A stretch of 64,000 nucleotides of DNA from Promethearchaeota archaeon. Lineage in GTDB: Archaea; Asgardarchaeota; Lokiarchaeia; Sigyniarchaeales; SOKP01. Location: positions 3,966 to 67,965 of the forward strand of contig JAGXNS010000001.1 in assembly GCA_019894855.1 (NCBI GenBank). Reading direction: 5' to 3'. Position numbers and translations under genes: made by a program. Below are positions 57,716 through 64,000 of this stretch, piece by piece. Numbering within the stretch: the first letter of the stretch is position 1; each line of letters starts with the position of its first letter. Below the pieces are notes generated by a model. The model was given only the letters and a program-made list of their open reading frames with translations, made no database searches and was not told the origin of the DNA.

Positions 57716-58176
57716 TTTTCATCCCTCCATTTTTTTGCTTGTTCAACTTCTTCTTGAGGCGATTTCCAGTATTTTTGAACGATTTCTCTAAAGATTATTA
57801 AATCTGGGTTATCTTCTTCGTTTAACTTTATGATATGGAATTTTTCTGTTTTCTTCTCAATCGTTATATACTTCGCTATCTCTAAGTAATTAATTGCAGA
57901 TAGAATCTTCTCTAATCTATCAATATTTAAACATCTCTTAATATCCGTTTTGTTTACTACATTATTAGGGCCTGTTAATTTTGCAACAGCCATTAATACT
58001 TGTGCTCCTCTCATAGGCGCAATCATTGCAAGCTTATCGAATATTATACCCATAGTTTTCAATAGTTTATCAATGTCGTTATAGAAATCTATTTTTGTGC
58101 TTCCACTTAGTTTTAAATTCGTTTTAAAGTCGTCAATTTTGTATTTTTTTAAAAAATCTTTATACGATTGAGACAT
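57712..58176 (-). CDS. hypothetical protein, possible winged-helix
   Basis: 154-aa ORF. NKTDIKRCLNIDRLEKILSAINYLEIAKYITIEKK is wHTH-like. Confidence 0.45.
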   Translation of the reverse strand: MSQSYKDFLKKYKIDDFKTNLKLSGSTKIDFYNDIDKLLKTMGIIFDKLAMIAPMRGAQVLMAVAKLTGPNNVVNKTDIKRCLNIDRLEKILSAINYLEIAKYITIEKKTEKFHIIKLNEEDNPDLIIFREIVQKYWKSPQEEVEQAKKWRDEK

Positions 58177-59449
58177 AGTTAATTAAAATTACCACAAAAG
58201 GCTATATATATCTTTTTATTTTAAAGATAAGTGCACTTTTTATGTGTTAAATTACCGTAATGCTTTGTTCAAATACAAGTTTTATGTAATAAGGTTTAGA
58301 TTGTCTGAAACATATAAAATGGAGTATTTAACCTATATAAAAAACACTGATATATCTAATTCTTGATGAAAAAGAAGTTACTATATAGAAATTTAGATAT
58401 TAATTGAAAGTTTATTAGTAAACCTATTTTAATTAGAGAGGTTGACTCCTGTCACCATGACCTAATAGTTAGATCTAAAAGTTCAATAGGGAAAGAGCGT
58501 TAATTGAGCGTAAAAATTACGCTACCAAAAGACAAAAATCCAGAGTGGCGCAGGAGTCTTAGTTGATTGTGTCATTTCCCCATTTTATTCAAAATTTATA
58601 ATGTTAGGTCTATTCACAATAACAAACTCTTGAGCTTTATTTAAGCCTATTCACTTACGCGATTTACCGTAATTCAATAATTTACTTAAGTATGAAACGT
58701 ACTAAAATTTAGAGTTCGAAGAAATACAGATAATATAAAACAGAACCTAAACACCTTTTAAATAGAATGTATAATACATAGCTTCAAATGATCTTTTGAT
58801 ATGACTTTCTTTTTTTACCCATGTAATGATAGTTACTTTCAAATATTAACACATTAATTAATAAATAGTAAATAGAAAGATTCTATAGTGGGAAAGTTTT
58901 CCCAATTTTGAAGCCTTATTTAAATGGGTAAAAAATTAAAAGTAAAATCTTGTTATTGGAATATATTTAATCCCAAAGATACTACATCGATTCAAGATCC
59001 CTTAATATATGGCTTAAAATTTGTTAATTTTACTTTTAATATCACATGTTACCAATTTAAAATACATTTTTATCAAGTAAAAACTATTTTTGTCAATAGT
59101 TAATCAACTTGTATCTTTGATTTATTTGGAGGGTTGATTTAAAGCCTTATACATCTTATATGTATTCGTCTACAACTAATCTACATCATGGTTTAAATAG
59201 CCTCTCGTCTAATTTTTTTTTAGGATAGATTTTATTGAAATATTAGGAGATGCCACCAGAGTAAACCTTAGAATTAAAAGCCACTGTCCTTATAGAATTG
59301 AGCAGTGTAGATAGCAATTTTCTCTCGAACATTCATTCATTAACACTACGATTTTATTAAAAGATTAAGTTTAAGTGGTAATAAAACTGAATTGGAGGTA
59401 AATATTAACGTTAAGAGCTAAAAAAATAATTACAAGAACATATGAACAA

Positions 59450-59626
59450 ATGTGTCTTGATAAATTGAAGGAAGTAGGAAAATCTACTGCTCGTGAATGG
59501 GCTAATGCTATGGGGTACGATACTCATAATGCTTTGGCTAAAGTAATTAGAAGAATTGTTAACGACACCCCTGATAAATTAATGGTAGTCTATGACCACA
59601 AGCCTAGGTATTATCAAGCAATTTAG
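59450..59626 (+). CDS. possible small helix-turn-helix protein (below the ORF-track size cutoff)
   Basis: ATG 59450 to TAG 59624-59626 encodes MCLDKLKEVGKSTAREWANAMGYDTHNALAKVIRRIVNDTPDKLMVVYDHKPRYYQAI. The frame is open from 59402, just after GGAGGT at 59394-59399. Confidence 0.3.
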   Translation: MCLDKLKEVGKSTAREWANAMGYDTHNALAKVIRRIVNDTPDKLMVVYDHKPRYYQAI

Positions 59627-59645
59627 TATGATTAAACTATTAAAT

Positions 59646-60488
59646 TTAATCTTCACACATTTCTCTTTTTTTTAAATGCGAATTCAATTTTGAAAATACC
59701 CCAGTAATAAGGTTTAATTCTTTTTTAGATACGAATGCCCTCTCAAAAACATTTTTTAAGGCGAAAAATACATTTTCTTTCCTGTAGGTGCGAATTCTAA
59801 GATTTGTAATTAAATTTTTAATTAGATTGTATAGCATTTGCTTATCTTTTTTATTAGCAAGTAAAACAGGTTTAAGACCTCTTCCAATTTCTAGATTGTG
59901 TATTTTTTTATAAATCTCATATAATATAATTCCACAAGCTTGAGAAAGATTGAGTGTAGGGTAATCCTCATCAGAAGGTATTCGTATGACTAAATCAGTC
60001 ATCTCGATTTCGTCATTCGTAAGACCGTGGGATTCTCTCCCAAAAACTAGAGCAATTTTAAGTGGTTTTTCTGATATCGGGAGGGTTAAATCTGCTGGGA
60101 AAGTCGCTAATCTTCTAATATTCGTATAGTGCTTTCCTTTTGCTGTTGAAGCAATTTTAATATCGAATCTGTTCATCAATGCTTTAAAGCCAGATAGGTG
60201 GTCAATTTGGTTTCCAATCGTTATAATTTCTGCGTTGAAAAGGATTTGTTTACCATGCATCGCAAAACCTTGCGTATGGTAGCTCCGAATTTTTTCTGCT
60301 TTTTCATTTGAATTATAGATAATCAAGTGTTCGAAATTGAAATTCTTCATAAGTCTAGCTATTGTACCGATATTAGCTGCATGTTCCGGCATGTTAAGTA
60401 CTACCGAAAACTCTAAATTACTATATTCGGGCGCTAATTGAGTCTTTTTAAAACTCGATAGTTCTTTTCTCTGTTGTTTCTTATTCAT
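59646..60488 (-). CDS. SpoU/TrmH-family (TrmJ-like) RNA 2'-O-methyltransferase
   Basis: HAANIGTIARLMKNF, LVFGRESHGLTNDEI and IRIPSDEDYPTLNLSQACGIILYE are the three SPOUT motifs. Confidence 0.8.
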   Translation of the reverse strand: MNKKQQRKELSSFKKTQLAPEYSNLEFSVVLNMPEHAANIGTIARLMKNFNFEHLIIYNSNEKAEKIRSYHTQGFAMHGKQILFNAEIITIGNQIDHLSGFKALMNRFDIKIASTAKGKHYTNIRRLATFPADLTLPISEKPLKIALVFGRESHGLTNDEIEMTDLVIRIPSDEDYPTLNLSQACGIILYEIYKKIHNLEIGRGLKPVLLANKKDKQMLYNLIKNLITNLRIRTYRKENVFFALKNVFERAFVSKKELNLITGVFSKLNSHLKKREMCED

Positions 60489-60586
60489 TTTGTTTTCGTT
60501 AAAATCTTAATAATTCATGAATAGCAAATTAACTAGCAGTAAAAAATTTTGTTTTAGAATAATTAAAAAAAAGTGATTAGGAAATA

Positions 60587-62014
60587 TTAACTAAAATTTG
60601 GTCTTTTATCTTGCCAAGGAGCTAATTCTTCGAACGCTTTAGATACTTGTAAGACAGTAAGTTCCTCGAATCGTTTACCTACAATTTGCATCCCGATAGG
60701 TAAGCCTTTGCTTGACCAACCACTAGGAATGCTAGCTGCGGGATGACCTGTCATGTTAAATGGGAAGGTAAACGCCATCCATGCAGTTGGAGATACATTA
60801 ATCCCATTTATCTTCGAGGGAAACATCATCCCTAACTTAAAAGCGGGAATGGCAGTCGATGGAGTTATCAAAATATCGTATTCCTTGAAGACCTTGTAAA
60901 TGGTAGCATAAAGTTGGGCGCGAATGGCTATCGCTTTTGGTAGGGACGTTCCATCGTAACCTAAACCTGCTTTAATTAATTTTACTAAATCGGGGTCCAT
61001 TTTATCTTCCCATTCTTTTAAATACGGCTTCAAATTATACGCTAAAGTAGAAGTCCAGATCGTGTTAAATGAAAGTGGAGCTTTTCGCAGTTTCATTTTA
61101 ACAGGTTCGACATCCCATCCAAAGTTTTCAAACAATTTTACAGAATTCAAAATGTTCTTCTCTACTTCACCGTCTACTACTTTTGCGTAGCCTAAATCCA
61201 AGGAGTAACCAATTTTTAATCCTTCTGGAACTTCACTGATTTTATCAATGTATCTAAATCCATCTTTTGGTAATGAAGCTTTATCACCTTCGAATGGACC
61301 TTTCATTGCGTCTAACATCAATGCTGCGTCTTTAACGTATCGAACAATTGGGCCAATAACTGCTATATCCAAGCCCATTGGATATAGTTTGGGATATCGA
61401 GGTACCCTTCCAAAACTTGGTTTAAGACCATATGCTCCACAAAAACTTGCAGGGTGTCTAATTGACCCACCTCCATCTGATCCCTGTGCTAAGGGTCCTA
61501 ATCCTGAAACAACTGACGATGCTGCTCCCCCACTTGATCCAGCTGTTGTGACATCTAAGTTCCATGGATTACGGCTATGTCCAAATATTAAATTATCGGT
61601 AACTCCCTTGAATCCAAATTCAGGTGTATTAGTTTTCCCTAAAATTACGCATCCTTCTTTTCTTAATCTTCGAATTGCTACATCATCATAATCCGGGATA
61701 TGATTTTCGTAAATTTTAGAACCATAGGTAGTTCTAATTCCCTTTACAGGATTTAAATCTTTAATTGATGTAGGGATACCGTTTAATAATCCTAGCTTTT
61801 CTCCTTTTTTCACTTTATCATCTGCTTCTTTTGCCATTTTTCGAGCTAAGTCAAATGTTGTTGTGCAATATGCGTTTGTTATTGGATTGATTTTTTCAAT
61901 TCTCTCAATAATTGTTTCCGTTATTTCTATTGAAGTGAGTTCTTGACTTCTTATAGCCTCGAACATGTCGATAGCAGACATAAAACACATCTCTTCTTTA
62001 TTCATATTATTCAC
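60587..62014 (-). CDS. amidase-signature-family amidase
   Basis: GIPTSIKD, the GGSSGGAAS-type stretch AGSSGGAASSV, and GSDGGGSIRHPASFCG. Confidence 0.85.
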   Translation of the reverse strand: MNNMNKEEMCFMSAIDMFEAIRSQELTSIEITETIIERIEKINPITNAYCTTTFDLARKMAKEADDKVKKGEKLGLLNGIPTSIKDLNPVKGIRTTYGSKIYENHIPDYDDVAIRRLRKEGCVILGKTNTPEFGFKGVTDNLIFGHSRNPWNLDVTTAGSSGGAASSVVSGLGPLAQGSDGGGSIRHPASFCGAYGLKPSFGRVPRYPKLYPMGLDIAVIGPIVRYVKDAALMLDAMKGPFEGDKASLPKDGFRYIDKISEVPEGLKIGYSLDLGYAKVVDGEVEKNILNSVKLFENFGWDVEPVKMKLRKAPLSFNTIWTSTLAYNLKPYLKEWEDKMDPDLVKLIKAGLGYDGTSLPKAIAIRAQLYATIYKVFKEYDILITPSTAIPAFKLGMMFPSKINGINVSPTAWMAFTFPFNMTGHPAASIPSGWSSKGLPIGMQIVGKRFEELTVLQVSKAFEELAPWQDKRPNFS

Positions 62015-62122
62015 ATTAAAAAATTATATTTTATGCAATAAAATAAGGTATACACACATATAAAGTGTAAATTAAGTTAAATGTAAAAAAACTTCACAAT
62101 TTCTAAGTGTAAACTGAATTTA

Positions 62123-63823
62123 TTACTCTTTTACAATCCTTTCTCTTAATTTTCTTCTAAATATTTTACCTACTGAAGTTCTAGGTAATATGTTTAAAAA
62201 TTCTATTTGGCGGGGGTATTTATAACCAGCTAATCTTTCTTTTGCCCACTCAATAATATCTCTCTCAGTTATACCGCTATCCTTAAATTCTGGCTTTAAA
62301 ACTACAAACGCTTTAATTGTTTCTCCAATGTTTGGATCAGGTGCCGAAACTACACCAGCTTCCAGAATTGCGGGATGTTCATATAAGTTTTCTTCGACTT
62401 CACGCGGCATTACTTTATAACCTTTATATTTAATTATGTCCTTTGAGCGACCCTCGATATAAAAATATCCTAGCTCATCCATCCGTGCTAGATCTCCTGT
62501 TCTTAACCACCCGTCAATAATAGTTTTCTTTGTTTCTTCAGGACTTTTCCAATATCCCTTCATTATTTGGGGGCCTTTTATCAATAGTTCTCCAATTTCG
62601 TTGGGTTCTAGTTCTTTTAAAGTTTCAGGATTAACAATTTTAGCGTCTGTATCGATTATCGGTACTCCAATACTCTCAGAGCGAATCTCTGGCATCCATT
62701 TAGCCGCTATGTGAGTTATGGGTGAAGTTTCCGTTAACCCAAAGCCTTGTCCCACCTTAATTCCAACAACCTCTTCCCATTTCTTAGCTAATTCTGGAGG
62801 TAAGGCGGCTGAACCTGAATTTGCCTCTTCAAGACTAGAAAGATCTCGTTCTGTGAAATCTGGATTATTTATTAACATTTGATACATAACCGGAACTCCA
62901 ACATAATTTATAACTTTGTAATACTCAATTGCTTCTAAAACTACAGAAGCGTTAAAGGAGGGAAACATTACTATCATTGCTGCTCCGAAAACTGCTATAA
63001 TCATGACTAAAAATCCAAAAGAGTGGCACAAAGGTATAACGGATAAGTTTACTGTTTTACCGATACTATCTTCTCCCTCTTCTTGTTCACCAGCCATTAA
63101 TAAAGTTGAGAGTGTGCAAGAAACCAGATTAGTGTGAGTTAACATTACGCCTTTAGGTAATCCCGTAGTTCCACCAGTAAATAAAAGAGCAGCAAGATCG
63201 TTCGATGGGTCTATATCTACATCTGGTCGAATGGGTGCTACACCTTCGATAAACTCCTCTAAAGTTATAGTCCCTTCTTTAGCGACGTCTGCTTCCAAAA
63301 GGATTATGGTTTCTATCATCACATCTTTTTGTGCTTTTTTCATGGTTCTAAAATTTTTTTTGTGAACAAAAACAGTTTTTACATTTTCAGTCTCTTTGAG
63401 GATGTGAGATACATCTGATTCCTTAAGTAGCGGATTAATAGGTATAACGATAGCGCCAGTTTTCATAATTCCAAGGCAACAAAATAAAAATTCAGGGCAA
63501 TTACCTGTCATGATACCTACTGCATCACCCTTTTTTGTCCCTAACTGATATAAGGCGTTAGATATTTTATCTGAAATATAAGTTAACTCGCGAAAAGTAT
63601 ATTTTTTATCAGTTGATTTATCATTAACACAAACATTATTTGGGTAATTCTTAGCAGTTAATCCTATAAACTCGTGAACTGGAATTGGATCGAATTTTAT
63701 TGATTTAGGGACATTAGAAGCTCTGTATTTTAGCCATGGGCGATTATAATTTTCAAGATACGGAGACTCGTTTTCAAAATCGTAAATCGGTTCCCAATCT
63801 GAATAATCCTTCATTTTAAACAC
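62123..63823 (-). CDS. AMP-forming acyl-CoA synthetase (fatty-acid--CoA ligase)
   Basis: LLFTGGTTGLPKGVMLTH (AMP-binding motif), GYWKSPEET, TGDLARMD and YKGYKV. Confidence 0.9.
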   Translation of the reverse strand: MFKMKDYSDWEPIYDFENESPYLENYNRPWLKYRASNVPKSIKFDPIPVHEFIGLTAKNYPNNVCVNDKSTDKKYTFRELTYISDKISNALYQLGTKKGDAVGIMTGNCPEFLFCCLGIMKTGAIVIPINPLLKESDVSHILKETENVKTVFVHKKNFRTMKKAQKDVMIETIILLEADVAKEGTITLEEFIEGVAPIRPDVDIDPSNDLAALLFTGGTTGLPKGVMLTHTNLVSCTLSTLLMAGEQEEGEDSIGKTVNLSVIPLCHSFGFLVMIIAVFGAAMIVMFPSFNASVVLEAIEYYKVINYVGVPVMYQMLINNPDFTERDLSSLEEANSGSAALPPELAKKWEEVVGIKVGQGFGLTETSPITHIAAKWMPEIRSESIGVPIIDTDAKIVNPETLKELEPNEIGELLIKGPQIMKGYWKSPEETKKTIIDGWLRTGDLARMDELGYFYIEGRSKDIIKYKGYKVMPREVEENLYEHPAILEAGVVSAPDPNIGETIKAFVVLKPEFKDSGITERDIIEWAKERLAGYKYPRQIEFLNILPRTSVGKIFRRKLRERIVKE

Positions 63824-64000
63824 AAAATTAATATTAATAGAATTGAATAATAAACAATTTCATTCTATGAATATAAAAATCTATTTATTTACCATAGAAA
63901 ATAAACATAATTTCAAAATTTCTATTTTTTGATAACTAATAGATTTATGTTTTAGTATTAAAATTAAATTAAAATTAAAAAAAATAAAAAATTAATGATT

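Noticed and set aside
58444-58555. GACTCCTG...CAGGAGTC long-range pairing, considered as the closing stem of a structured RNA or intron-containing tRNA.
   Set aside because: There are only 8 contiguous base pairs with no extension on either side, and no T-loop, acceptor or box motifs. It could arise by chance, so I keep it only as part of the low-interest intergenic finding.
1-64000. A search by eye for tRNA, rRNA, CRISPR arrays, IS elements and inteins across the window.
   Set aside because: I found no T-loop/acceptor combination, no rRNA-like GC-rich block, no regularly spaced repeats, no transposase-like ORF and no intein blocks in RadA or the helicases. A tRNAscan/Infernal run would be the decisive check.

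Overview
This is an AT-rich window (by eye about 30% GC) of archaeal chromosome, densely coded on both strands. I recognised no rRNA or tRNA gene, no CRISPR array and no transposase or integrase. Recognisable information-processing genes are an RPA-like OB-fold protein, FEN1, RadA, a RadB/aRadC-like RecA paralogue, TFB, a Hef/FANCM-like helicase and a Hel308/Ski2-like helicase. With an MglA-type small GTPase plus Roadblock/LC7 pair, a ThiF/E1-like enzyme and a possible longin-like protein, they suggest an Asgard (Loki-type) archaeon; that assignment is inference only. Housekeeping genes include an aldo/keto reductase, GpmA, acyl-CoA dehydrogenase, acyl-CoA ligase, amidase, PhzF-like isomerase, SpoU methyltransferase, GNAT, alpha/beta hydrolases and a VapBC pair. 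The findings most worth a second look are listed here. (1) A tightly coupled five-gene operon (32674-40383) encodes an HhH-domain membrane protein, two further membrane proteins and a 1257-aa membrane protein of FtsK/HerA/VirB4-like layout whose Walker A and B positions look degenerate. (2) Five small paralogous proteins share a PFSE...Y.G.E.IPF motif, all on the minus strand, two of them directly behind an RHH regulator. (3) A 3.1-kb radical-SAM/SPASM, small membrane protein and methyltransferase-TPR cassette is bracketed by about 100-bp imperfect direct repeats, one of which is a decayed copy of the 3' end of the neighbouring RecA-paralogue gene. (4) RadA carries a second, C-terminal (HhH)2 domain. 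(5) In three genes, conserved N-terminal coding sequence lies upstream of the first ATG/GTG/TTG. All family assignments come from motif recognition by eye and need database confirmation.
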